From a virus, in IMG/VR virus record IMGVR_UViG_3300037010_000365, positions 17,962 to 81,961 of that record: a DNA stretch of 64,000 nucleotides, one strand, 5' to 3'. The notes beneath the pieces are model-generated. The model was not told where the DNA came from. It worked only from the letters and a program-made list of their open reading frames with translations, and did no database searches. Positions 28,115 through 37,674 of this stretch are shown here, piece by piece. The position numbers and the translations under genes are program-made. Within the stretch, counting starts at the first letter, position 1, and each line of letters begins with the position of its first letter.

Positions 28115-28905
28115 GCTATAAAGGCAAAAGATTAACAATAAACAGTCGATTCGATTGATATTATATTATTAATCAAATCGACACTCTCGAGATAATGCAA
28201 CCTTTACGAGGTTCGAGAGATAAAGTAGCACAATCCATGACGTGTCTTATGGTATAGTAGAAGAGTTTAATTCTCTTTCTAGTTTCGGTGACAGACATAA
28301 TGACAAACGTTTCAAGCCTGGAGTTGCGCGAAAACTAATAGCATAGAGTTTGGATGCCTCGATAGGTGCTCGTAACACCGGTTACGTGAAAATTGTGATA
28401 CTCCGACCCGAAGTATATCTAATCTATGATGTTTATTTGTTTTTCAGGGAAATCCAGAAAAACATTAAATGGCGCAAGGAAATAACAGCTACTGCTGTCG
28501 CCGAATAAACTTCTTATCAGATATATAGATACTAGTGAAGATGGATTTGATCACCATCAACGCCGGAAGGGTGCATAGTTCAAAATCGCGAGATTACGAA
28601 AAAACTTGTTGTATAGTAAATGCTGTATAGAAACGTTAGACCCACAGTCTAAAAGTCTGCTTTAGCAACAGTTTCATGGCGACGGTTATGAAATAGTTTA
28701 ACCAAAATACAACAGTCAACTGGAAAGACTTAGAAAATAGTACCAGCGTGAAATGCGAATGTTGCAGACGAAACGTGCAAGCTGGAGACATAACCAGCAT
28801 CAACATGAAAGAGTAGGACATGAGGTATACTCATGAGATACGCATAAATTAATGAAGATAGCGCTAAAGCGTTCTTCGAGTATGTTTGTAATAACTTCAA
28901 AACCA
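28115..28905 (+). ncRNA. Candidate giant structured RNA (GOLLD/ROOL-type)
   Basis: ~790 nt without a credible ORF inside the tRNA region; dense short hairpins, several with GNRA-type loops. Confidence 0.55.
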
Positions 28906-28914
28906 ATAACATAA

Positions 28915-29017
28915 AATAATTGTTTACTTTTCCATCAAGATAGTATATAATTATTACAAGTTAAGGAAGCTAACAGCATAAATTAGAAATTATTTTGGTT
29001 TAATTAAATGCTTCCTG
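28915..29017 (+). repeat. Promoter-hairpin cassette, copy 3
   Basis: See copy 1. Confidence 0.88.
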
Positions 29018-29020
29018 TAT

Positions 29021-29124
29021 AAGTTAACTTTGTCGGCTAGTATCTCAACCGCCTTCTAAGCGGTCGTTAATCGAGTAATTGGAGTATGTAGGTTCGAACC
29101 CTATCTAGCCGACAAAGTTAATTT
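29021..29124 (+). ncRNA. Atypical tRNA-like RNA (UCU anticodon arm + T-arm, no canonical D-arm, ~20-bp closing stem, no CCA)
   Basis: ACCGC-CTTCTAA-GCGGT; GTAGG-TTCGAAC-CCTAT; TTAACTTTGTCGGCTAG/CTAGCCGACAAAGTTAA. Confidence 0.7.
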
Positions 29125-29287
29125 GAAATGAAAATATGAGAATTATACGGGATATTGTGGCTATATTAGCGATAGATAACCGAATATTATTTCATAAACC
29201 CATTTGATTCTCACACAACTCTAGTTATAATGATTACACACTGCGGTGCCACTCGAAAATCTACTAATCCTGAAAGGAACCTATATC

Positions 29288-30731
29288 ATGACAACATTTA
29301 CACAAGCGGTTGAATCAGCAAACAAGAAAGGTCACACAAAGACAGAAAATGGAATGAAGACCCGTAAATCTTCATTAAGTTCGGTTGTAGACTTTTTCTA
29401 TGGAGTTGGTGGTAATCGAGCTAATCCAGAAAATTCATTGAAACTTTTTACAGCAGCATTACAAGAAGATGTTGATTTGGCAATTCGTGTGTTATTGTGG
29501 TCTCGCGATGTTCGTGCTGGTGCAGGGGAACGTAACCAATTTCGAATCATGTTGCAATATTTGGCGATGAATGAATTCGATCTAGGTAAGCGGGTTTTAA
29601 CAAAAATTCCTGAACTCGGGCGGTGGGATGACATTCTAACTTTAATCGGAACACCATTAGAACATGAAGCATTGGAAATGATTTCTTCTGCTCTGAATGC
29701 TGGTAATGGATTGTGTGCTAAGCGGATGCCTAGAGAGAAGTCTGCTCATAAATCTACAGCATTGAAGATTATGAAGTATATGGATCTAAAACCAACTCAA
29801 TATCGTAAATTATTGTCACAAAATACGGAAGTTGTTGAACAATTAATGTGTGCTAACGAATGGCCGGTAATTAACTATTCTCATGTTCCATCTATAGCAG
29901 CTAAGATGTATTCTAAAGCATTTGCGAAACGAGATTCATTACGATACGAAGAATACTTGACAAAGTTGATAAAGGGTGATACTGATGTCAAGATTAACGC
30001 TGGTGCGATTTTCCCCCACGATGTTATTTCTTCAATTTGGGATCATACGACTAAATCAGAAGAAATGCGAGTTCAGGCTCAGCGGGATGCGTTACCAAAC
30101 TTTATGGAAGGTAAGGAATATACTATATTACCCCTGGTTGATGTTTCTGGTTCGATGGGATTCAACCTCAGTAAATCGAATACAACTGCGCTACAGGTTG
30201 CCGTGTCGCTTGGGCTGTATATTTCAACGAAAATCAGGGTGCCTTCAATGGTTTAATTTGTACATTTAGCACAGCTCCGAAGTTACATAAGATTTATTCT
30301 AACGGTATTAAGCAACAGTTGGAAGAAGTCAAACGTTTGGATTGGGGATGGAGACGAATATTGAAGCTGCATTTTCAGAAATACTGAAAGTTGCTACTAA
30401 AAATTCTGTACCACCATCAGAAATGCCAAACGTTATTTTGATTTTGTCTGATATGCAGTTCGATGAATGTATTAACAGCGGAGATTCGCTGAGCGCAAAT
30501 TCAATGATTCGTGAAAAATACAAAGAAGCAGGATATGAAGTTCCAAATATTGTTTTCTGGAATCTGAAGACTTCTAACGGTGTACCTGTTAAGATGGGTA
30601 CGAGCGGCACCGCTTTGGTGTTAGGGTTCAGTCCATCTATTCTGAAATCGGTATTAACATCTATAGAAGATATGACACCAGTTGGTGTGATGATGAAGAC
30701 TATTATGAAAGATTGTTATTCAATTGTTTGA
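29288..30731 (+). pseudogene. DUF2828 (TROVE/Ro60-like helical + vWA) gene with a frameshift near 30230
   Basis: TENG, RDVRAGAGER, ELGRWDD, INYSHVPS, DVSGSM (MIDAS), SDMQFD, IVFWNL, GFSPS; a -1 shift at ACGAAAATCAG joins the two ORFs. Confidence 0.8.
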
Positions 30732-30941
30732 AATAAAATAATATAAAATAATCATTTACTTTTATCGGTCGAATGATTATAATGAACACGTTAAGGAAAC
30801 TAACAGTAATAACATCCAACGTGTTATCTAGGTTGAGCCTTTATGAGTCGATTATATAAGTATTTGGTTAAATTGAAACTACTTCAAATCAACTAAGCAC
30901 ACTATATAAATATAGTTTTAATAAACTTTAGGATATGCTAA

Positions 30942-31387
30942 ATGAAAACAGTTAAAGAATACTGGTAAACAAGCTCAGAAACCCAACTCATAGAAGCGGT
31001 TGTTGTAAATGAGGGAACCCTTGGATCGTGTTTAATGATGTTGCGAAATGACCAAAAGGTTGTTGACTATTGTGAAAGCATCGCACGACAGAAGTTTAAT
31101 CCAAAGTTACTAGAATTTAATTTTATGACTAATGGTTATGACCCACAACACCGCCCCCAATTCCATATACTCCTTCTGATACTAATTCAGTAACTCGGTA
31201 TGATATGTTGATTGAGAGTGGAAATATTGGAACAGTAGAAGTCCATTATGGCGATACCACATTAATTGATAGAAAAGAATTAAGAAGAATTTTCACTTAT
31301 TATGATGGTACGTTTCAATTCATATCGAAAGAATTGTCTATGATAGGAAATATTGAAAAATACTTCTTTACATTTCTGATGTGTTAG
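30942..31387 (+). pseudogene. Disrupted internal-protein-like gene
   Basis: Late promoter at 30905; MKTVKEYW*TSSETQLIE in-frame stop; later stop and probable frameshift into the 31205 ORF. Confidence 0.5.
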
Positions 31388-31430
31388 TTTATAATGAACT
31401 AAATGAGGTTAAGAATCTCAACATATAAAT
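31306..31430 (+). repeat. Direct repeat (gene end + early promoter), repeated at 32141-32270 and partly at 32827-32938
   Basis: TGGTACGTTTCAATTCATATCGAAAGAATTGTCTATGATAGG...TTTAC.TTTCTGATGTGTTAGTTTATAATGAACTAAAT. Confidence 0.9.
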
Positions 31431-31464
31431 ATAATTTTAACAATTAATGAAGAGCGCGGGTAGT

Positions 31465-32130
31465 ATGAAATCATTTAAAGAATTCTTGAAAGTTGATAGT
31501 GAACCACAGTTAACTAATTTAGTTGAAGGGTTTAACTATAAAAATCCATTATTTCATCCTGATAATAGTTTATTAGGGAATGCTTGCTTTTACAGAGATA
31601 ATTTCTATCTTATTATTGAAGCGAATAGAACTCCTGATGACCTGTTATTTTGTATGGTGGATAGCGATAATAACTTTAAACCGTTTATATCACCGACAAT
31701 TGAAAAAGCCAGAGACTCCGATAGTGTCGGTCCAATTGTATCAGCAACAGGTGGTAGAACTATTGTAGCGTTTGATACAAACGGAATGGTTGGTGGAGTT
31801 ATTGGGTCAATAGTTGAAAAATCCATTAACGGATATGGTGTGAAGGGATTTACCTTTGATGACATGATATATTCTAATCGCAACATGAAAGACGGCGATT
31901 TTAGATATACTTGGGATTCAATTGCATTTTCGATTGAATCTTTTAAAGGAAAAGATGTTCTTTTGAAACAAAAAGAATTTACAGACTTTGAAGTGAATCT
32001 AATTAAAAAATTAGCGTTTGCCTCATCGAAAAAGGTGAAATTTGGTAAAGTTAAATCAGATGAAATAGTTTATTTCTCAAAAAATAAACTAGAAGCAAGT
32101 CCAACACTATATTACGTACAGTTTTCGTAA
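31465..32130 (+). CDS. Putative internal head protein (capsid-targeting N-terminus)
   Basis: MKSFKEFL start after late promoter at 31425; flanked by direct repeats. Confidence 0.6.
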   Translation: MKSFKEFLKVDSEPQLTNLVEGFNYKNPLFHPDNSLLGNACFYRDNFYLIIEANRTPDDLLFCMVDSDNNFKPFISPTIEKARDSDSVGPIVSATGGRTIVAFDTNGMVGGVIGSIVEKSINGYGVKGFTFDDMIYSNRNMKDGDFRYTWDSIAFSIESFKGKDVLLKQKEFTDFEVNLIKKLAFASSKKVKFGKVKSDEIVYFSKNKLEASPTLYYVQFS

Positions 32131-32320
32131 TATATATATATGGTACGTTTCAATTCATATCGAAAGAATTGTCTATGATAGGAAATATTGAAAAATACTT
32201 CTTTACTTTTCTGATGTGTTAGTTTATAATGAACTAAATAAAGGTTGAGGATCTCAACTTCATATAAATTTTAGGTAATAACGTGACGTTGGTTCGAATC
32301 CGATATTACGATCCAAATTT

Positions 32321-32397
32321 GGTGATTTAGCTCAGTTGGTTAGAGCGTCGGATTCATAACCCGAAGGTCGATAGTTCAATTCTATCATTCACCACCA
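32321..32397 (+). tRNA. tRNA-Met (CAU)
   Basis: Cloverleaf, TTCATAA loop, CCA end; one mismatch each in the acceptor and anticodon stems. Confidence 0.85.
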
Positions 32398-32498
32398 GAC
32401 GTGTTGTCCGCTTGTAGAAATCTGATAATTTCTACACAGACACCTTTCAGTCATGATTGAATGGCTACGTTGGTGATCTATACGTTAATCACTTTAAT

Positions 32499-32583
32499 GC
32501 GAGTGTAGGAAAATTGGTAACCCCAGTGGATTGTAAATCCGTCGCCCATGGCACTGTTAGTTCGACTCTAACCACTCGCACCA
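32499..32583 (+). tRNA. tRNA-Tyr (GUA)
   Basis: GCGAGTG/CACTCGC acceptor, TTGTAAA loop, long variable arm, CCA. Confidence 0.9.
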
Positions 32584-32954
32584 CTTTGGAAATATAGTAT
32601 TTGCCTTGACGTGGCGCCAAAGCTGAGTAGTTCTTTGAACGAAACTAAATGATACTCTTTAGATCTTTAACAGTTAGATTGAAAAATCACGTTATGTAGT
32701 ATTACGGTAGAGGCTGATATCCGATTAATAGAAGTTCAATTCTTCTTGGAACGACAGAATTTAAGAGAACATATAATGTGAATGTTAATACGACAAAACT
32801 GTTCCCCTGTTTATTTTAGGAAAAAGTGAAAATACTTCTTTACTTTTCTGATGTGTTAGTTTATAATGAACTAAATAAAGGTTGAGGATCTCAACTTCAT
32901 ATAAATTTTAGGTAATAACGTGACGTTGGTTCGAATCCAACTCAGTCATTTATT

Positions 32955-33029
32955 TGGCAAGTAGCTCAGTGGTAGAGCAGTTGGCTGTTAACCAATTGGT
33001 CGCAGGTTCGAATCCTGCCTTGCCAGCCA
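32955..33029 (+). tRNA. tRNA-Asn (GUU)
   Basis: Canonical cloverleaf, CTGTTAA loop, GTTCGAATC, CCA. Confidence 0.95.
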
Positions 33030-33034
33030 ATTAT

Positions 33035-33109
33035 GCACCTATCGTCTAGCGGTTGGGACTCATGGTTTTCATCCATGCAACAGCAGTTCGATTCTGCTTA
33101 GGTGTACCA
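33035..33109 (+). tRNA. tRNA-Glu (UUC)
   Basis: CATGG-TTTTCAT-CCATG, T-arm, CCA. Confidence 0.9.
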
Positions 33110-33386
33110 AACATCGGTATCAGCTACCTACAGCTGCGAGACCTGACTTGAGACTCAGGGTAGGGAGTAGTCTCCGAATAGATTACCTGATTGTGGAACA
33201 GTTATCACCATACGCTGTAGTATGCAAGCGTTACCAAGTATACCAAGAGACTGCTCTTGTTAATAAGAGTCTCATGTTAGATACATTGGTGATGCTTTGT
33301 AGTCTAACTTTCTCGAGAGATAGTGATATACCTTTTCGTGGTGCTCGAGATAAGTAGGAAATTTCCGAAACTAAATATCATTCAAA

Positions 33387-33460
33387 CGGTCTGTAGTATA
33401 GAGGTAATACCCTAGTTTTGGGAACTAGAATCGAATGTTCAATTCATTCCAGACCGACCA
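33387..33460 (+). tRNA. tRNA-Pro (UGG)
   Basis: CGGTCTG/CAGACCG acceptor, CTAGT-TTTGGGA-ACTAG, CCA. Confidence 0.9.
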
Positions 33461-33471
33461 AATTTAATCAT

Positions 33472-33549
33472 GCAATGTTAGCTTTTGTAGTTGTTTGCTA
33501 AACAGTCGAGGTAACATCTACACTGGTTCGAATCCAGTACATTTCGTCA
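33472..33549 (+). pseudogene. Degenerate tRNA-Ser (GCU)
   Basis: TTGCTAA loop, variable arm and ACTGG-TTCGAAT-CCAGT retained; D-arm deleted, no CCA. Confidence 0.55.
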
Positions 33550-33646
33550 AATTACAGGACTTAGCTAAGTTAGCAGAGTACCTTGCTTTACGCTAATGAG
33601 GTAAACTCTCCTAGTTTCCACAAAATAAAGTGATAATCATAATATT

Positions 33647-33669
33647 AAGGGAGCCGCAGCTCCCTTTTT
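33647..33669 (+). terminator. Terminator closing the tRNA cluster
   Basis: AAGGGAGC-CGCA-GCTCCCTTTTT. Confidence 0.88.
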
Positions 33670-33690
33670 CATTTATTTTTCATAAAACGT

Positions 33691-33781
33691 TTTACTTTTA
33701 TCACGACTTAGGTTATAATAATTACAAGTTGATGGAAACCTAAAATTTTTAACTACTAATCCTGATGAGGAAACCAAAATG
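33691..33781 (+). repeat. Early promoter + leader + RBS cassette, repeated at 35713-35801
   Basis: TTATAATAATTACAAGTTGATGGAAAC..TAAATTT.AACTACTAATCCTGAT.AGGAAACCAAAATGA. Confidence 0.85.
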
Positions 33782-34123
33782 AATACATGTCTTGTAAAAT
33801 CTGGCAGCTTGTGTGTATCAACTACAGCTATCATTGAAGTGAAAATGTCTCATATCCATGGTAAGAGTAAGTTCCATCGCGAAAATGCAGCAAAACATGG
33901 ACCAAAGAAACTCCGCAGATCGTTTGTTAAGGATGAAGGTGATATTCCAACTGCGTGTACCTTATTAGTTAATGGCACTCAGCAAGTTTCTGGTTGGGTA
34001 TCTCCTGAAGCAGTAGTCCTACCCGTCGTTAACACCCGTGGTATGGGGTATGCTCATCGTAATGCAAAGCGTTATCGTGTAGGCAAGTTATTAGCTAAAA
34101 AGTATTCTTGGGTGTTGATATGA
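33779..34123 (+). CDS. Hypothetical early protein (basic)
   Basis: ORF with promoter/RBS cassette. Confidence 0.6.
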   Translation: MNTCLVKSGSLCVSTTAIIEVKMSHIHGKSKFHRENAAKHGPKKLRRSFVKDEGDIPTACTLLVNGTQQVSGWVSPEAVVLPVVNTRGMGYAHRNAKRYRVGKLLAKKYSWVLI

Positions 34124-34274
34124 TGTTGTTACAACTTTTCTCCACGGTTATCATGATATTTGCTGTTGCTGGAGCTTCGATTTGGTTGCTACAATCTGAC
34201 ATCGTGGCTATGCAAAATAACGCTAGTTCTAACGAACCTCTAATCGATATCCACCTTCGAGAGAATGTCTATAA

Positions 34275-35069
34275 ATGAAAACAGCAATCATATATGATAG
34301 CGCATACGACGTAGAATCACAGCGCGAGGTTTATCTAATCGAAAATCTTGATGACTTAATTGAGTACCAAACATATATTCAAGCGGAAGGAGCTCATGCT
34401 GCTAATAAAATGTTGAAAGACATTGCAGACGGATATCCGACAAGTAGACTAATTCATTACTGCTATGGGCTAGACTTAATCGATTCGCTAGTCGTCTTAG
34501 CAGTTAGTATGGGTAGGAATCCTTTTTGGTCGATTGGTGAAGAAATTAATGGTATGCTCAAAATATTCTATGATCATGTTGTTAATGAAAATCAGACAAT
34601 CATCCTAAACAAGAATTTATCTTGGAGAATATTCTGTGTTGGTGAAGATGAGATTGTAGAAAAATACGATTCACTACTCGGAGAAAAACTCGAGATTGTT
34701 GATGGCTGTAGTAATGTTATTCAATTAGAGAATGATTCAGAGTTAGATGTTGGCTGGATTGACGCATTCTCAGCTAGACATAATTGTTTATACCCAACCG
34801 TTATACCAAAGTTACGATCTTGGAGCCATTCGGAATTATTGTCAACATTAACTAATTGGGTGAAATCAACGCCAGAAGAAAAGATTCTTTGCCAATATAC
34901 TACTGGGACAGACGTACCGCAAATGCACCAATATCTTGAAATTTGTATAAAAGCTGGTATTAAGAAGGCGGAGTTCATGTTCGGCGCAGGTTATAGTTCA
35001 GAGTTACGAATTTTCATAGATTCTTATCATGTAAACGATAAAATTAAAGTCACTTGCATCAACTCATAG
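34275..35069 (+). CDS. Hypothetical protein
   Basis: 264-aa ORF in an early operon. Confidence 0.65.
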   Translation: MKTAIIYDSAYDVESQREVYLIENLDDLIEYQTYIQAEGAHAANKMLKDIADGYPTSRLIHYCYGLDLIDSLVVLAVSMGRNPFWSIGEEINGMLKIFYDHVVNENQTIILNKNLSWRIFCVGEDEIVEKYDSLLGEKLEIVDGCSNVIQLENDSELDVGWIDAFSARHNCLYPTVIPKLRSWSHSELLSTLTNWVKSTPEEKILCQYTTGTDVPQMHQYLEICIKAGIKKAEFMFGAGYSSELRIFIDSYHVNDKIKVTCINS

Positions 35070-35286
35070 CATATTGGAGATTAACAATGTATAAATTAGA
35101 CAACTCAATGATAAGCATATCGTCCGACACTGGTAGATTCATGAACTTTAACATTTCTAGAAAACAGAGTGATGACCTAGAACAGTACGACCAATGGTGA
35201 AACCTGGACATTAGAAGAAGCCAAGCAAGCCGAAGCTGGGATTCTTTTGGTTGTTAATAAAATCTTAAACACAGGACAGTGATATT

Positions 35287-35685
35287 ATGAACGTTGGTTA
35301 TATGAAAGAACAGAATCCGAATGACATTGATGTCATTCTCGCTAGACTGAAATGTATCAGCATCGGGGTTCAATTTAGTTTGTGCAATGGTACTGGTGAA
35401 ATTAAACGAAGTGAAATTAATCGTGAGCTTGCAGAGATAGACGAATTAGTTTCAGACGTTGAGAAAATGAGGGATGAAGAAATTAACCAAACATACAACA
35501 TCGATCAAGAAAGAATTGATTCTTGTTCTTACTTACCAGTTGCATACCAAAGTAGAATGCGGATGGATGAAGATGGCTATGTTTTCGGTGACTGGTATGA
35601 TGTCAGCAAGGGAACGCACGAAGATCACCTACGAGTTCCGATCAATTCTGGTTGGGAATATGAAACTCGCGCTCTATATACATAA
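35287..35685 (+). CDS. Hypothetical protein
   Basis: ORF with AGGA RBS. Confidence 0.55.
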   Translation: MNVGYMKEQNPNDIDVILARLKCISIGVQFSLCNGTGEIKRSEINRELAEIDELVSDVEKMRDEEINQTYNIDQERIDSCSYLPVAYQSRMRMDEDGYVFGDWYDVSKGTHEDHLRVPINSGWEYETRALYT

Positions 35686-35798
35686 AGCAAGTAAAATATT
35701 TTCATAAATCCATTTACTTTTCTCCTGACTTTAGTTATAATAATTACAAGTTGATGGAAACATTAAATTTAACTACTAATCCTGATAAGGAAACCAAA

Positions 35799-36326
35799 AT
35801 GAAAATCGAAAATCCTATCATCGCAGCCTTAAACGCTAATCTTGAATCGGTGTTGCATGTTGTGGATACCAACTACAGATCTTATCTACAAACGATTATA
35901 TATCGTGTTGCTGAGTGCACTGGTAATATCGATAAAGCGTTTCCATCTCCTTCAGCAAATTTAAGTCATAATGAATATCACGCTAAATCTGTTCTGCGTC
36001 ATTTAGCTAGAGAAATTCACATTTTACCTCCAGTTTATCTGTCAGACTTACATTTACTTTCTGAGGGAGTTGATCAAAATGGGGTAGACTTCTTGGTTAA
36101 ACGTCATCAGAAAGATACGATAGAAAGATACGAACAATATGTCAATAAATTGATCAATAAAGTTGGCGATTGTGACTCTGTTACTGTCGCTGGTGACCTA
36201 TGGAACTATAGTATTTTAACTATCACCAATGGCGCTGTTGTAGAACGTTGGAAAACTTCCATGATTCTAAATGTTAGTAAAAATGGTAAAGTCTTCAACC
36301 AATTCCCAACTCGTAAGATTATGTGA
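35799..36326 (+). CDS. Hypothetical early protein
   Basis: Start set by promoter/RBS cassette; C-terminal I.NVSKNGKVFNQFPTR. Confidence 0.65.
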   Translation: MKIENPIIAALNANLESVLHVVDTNYRSYLQTIIYRVAECTGNIDKAFPSPSANLSHNEYHAKSVLRHLAREIHILPPVYLSDLHLLSEGVDQNGVDFLVKRHQKDTIERYEQYVNKLINKVGDCDSVTVAGDLWNYSILTITNGAVVERWKTSMILNVSKNGKVFNQFPTRKIM

Positions 36327-36336
36327 GAGCGAGTTT

Positions 36337-36609
36337 ATGAGCACCGATGGGTTACACCGTAGAATGATGGACACACTTTCAGATTATGTGGAAACTCTAC
36401 AACATATAGGAAAGTCTTCTGGTTATACCGAGTACTATTACACGATTGACTCTAGATATATGTCGAAATATACTTGGTTGTGTTTTATCGTGTATGCCCC
36501 AAATATTCAAATAGCGACGCACATAGCAAGTCGACGGTTCTTAGAGTTAATATCATACGGAGAAAGGAGTCTTAGAAAAATTCAATTAGTTGATACTTTG
36601 TGTAAATAA
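36337..36609 (+). CDS. Hypothetical protein
   Basis: ORF following the previous gene. Confidence 0.5.
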   Translation: MSTDGLHRRMMDTLSDYVETLQHIGKSSGYTEYYYTIDSRYMSKYTWLCFIVYAPNIQIATHIASRRFLELISYGERSLRKIQLVDTLCK

Positions 36610-36726
36610 TTTATCAAACTCATTTACTTTTTAGATAACTTAGATTATAATAATTATAAATTGATCCTAACAAAATTTGTTGTAATACTTACATTTAGGA
36701 ACATTTTATTAGTGCTACCAAATAAC

Positions 36727-36804
36727 GCATCAGTGGCGGAGAGGTCCATCGCACCGGATTGCAAATCCGAACAACCGCCAGTTCGAATCTGGCCTGATGC
36801 TCCA
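36727..36804 (+). tRNA. tRNA-Cys (GCA)
   Basis: GCATCAG/CTGATGC acceptor, U73, TTGCAAA loop, CCA. Confidence 0.9.
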
Positions 36805-36817
36805 AATTAGGATTTAT

Positions 36818-37072
36818 ATGAATTTTGATATAAATAAACATGTTCAAGAAGCTAGAACCCGATATTATGACATGATGATTTTGTTTCAGAATAAAGAATA
36901 CAAATTAATAAAATCTAAATGCAAACAAATCGCAAGCTTACATGGTATTGATTTTGCCGACGAAACTATTTTAGATGAATACAAAAGTAGAATTAGTCAT
37001 GAATATACTATTAAAGATTTAAGTTTCAATCAACGTAGCATTATCGGACCATTAATTAAACCATTAGTATAG
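36818..37072 (+). CDS. Hypothetical protein
   Basis: ORF with AGGA RBS after the tRNA. Confidence 0.5.
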   Translation: MNFDINKHVQEARTRYYDMMILFQNKEYKLIKSKCKQIASLHGIDFADETILDEYKSRISHEYTIKDLSFNQRSIIGPLIKPLV

Positions 37073-37302
37073 AAACCTGCGATATTTTGGATTATCAGTT
37101 CAATCGCTACAAGGATCATTTAGCATGGTCGATATTTCAGCTATGGACACGATGGCTGTCTTAGACTACTCTATATCAATTTTGTTTTGATGGTTGCAAT
37201 CTCAATCCACAAATGCCGTATCTTCCAAACAGCTTCAAAAATACATGTTTACTTTCATAATAATCTAGTGTATAATAATTCTATCTTAAATGGAGTTATT
37301 AT

Positions 37303-37542
37303 ATGATTGTCTATCACGTAACGTGCTTAAGCAAATTAAACAAATATCTTGAATCAGGTCATATTCGACCTCCAGTACGCGCTTGGGAAAACATTGAACA
37401 AGCTAAAAGAATGAGTTTGTCTACAGGACGTAGAATCATCCTTAGACTTAAGTTCCCAGATAATGCCGATAAGTTAGAAGGGCATTTTAATCAAGCACTG
37501 GTGTTACAAACACCATATAAAATGGAACCAGGTCATTACTAA
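37303..37542 (+). CDS. Hypothetical early protein
   Basis: Early promoter and GGAG RBS; MIVYHVT..K...Y..SG.I. Confidence 0.6.
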   Translation: MIVYHVTCLSKLNKYLESGHIRPPVRAWENIEQAKRMSLSTGRRIILRLKFPDNADKLEGHFNQALVLQTPYKMEPGHY

Positions 37543-37674
37543 TATAGCTGGAGTATTTGAAGCTATTTTAGACCGTGCAGTCAAGTACAAAGTACCAGAA
37601 GTAGACGTGTCTAAAGTTCTATTGATTTTAATCGATATGACTATTATCAGGATTATCATTACTAAATAACCAGC

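Noticed and set aside
28636-28912. Two short minus-strand ORFs
   Set aside because: No RBS, promoter or recognisable motif; they overlap the structured RNA candidate
26462-29017. CRISPR array from the repeated units
   Set aside because: The repeats are promoter cassettes more than 1 kb apart; no regular spacers and no cas genes
22433-30970. Stop-codon reassignment to explain in-frame TAA codons
   Set aside because: TAA, TAG and TGA all terminate intact genes in the window, and no suppressor tRNA was seen
32690-32756. Additional tRNA-Ile(GAU)-like sequence
   Set aside because: Only a T-arm-like hairpin is convincing; too degenerate to call
33762-33777. CTGATGAG-GAAAC hammerhead core
   Set aside because: No stem II; it is the RBS region, and the duplicate copy reads CTGATAAG
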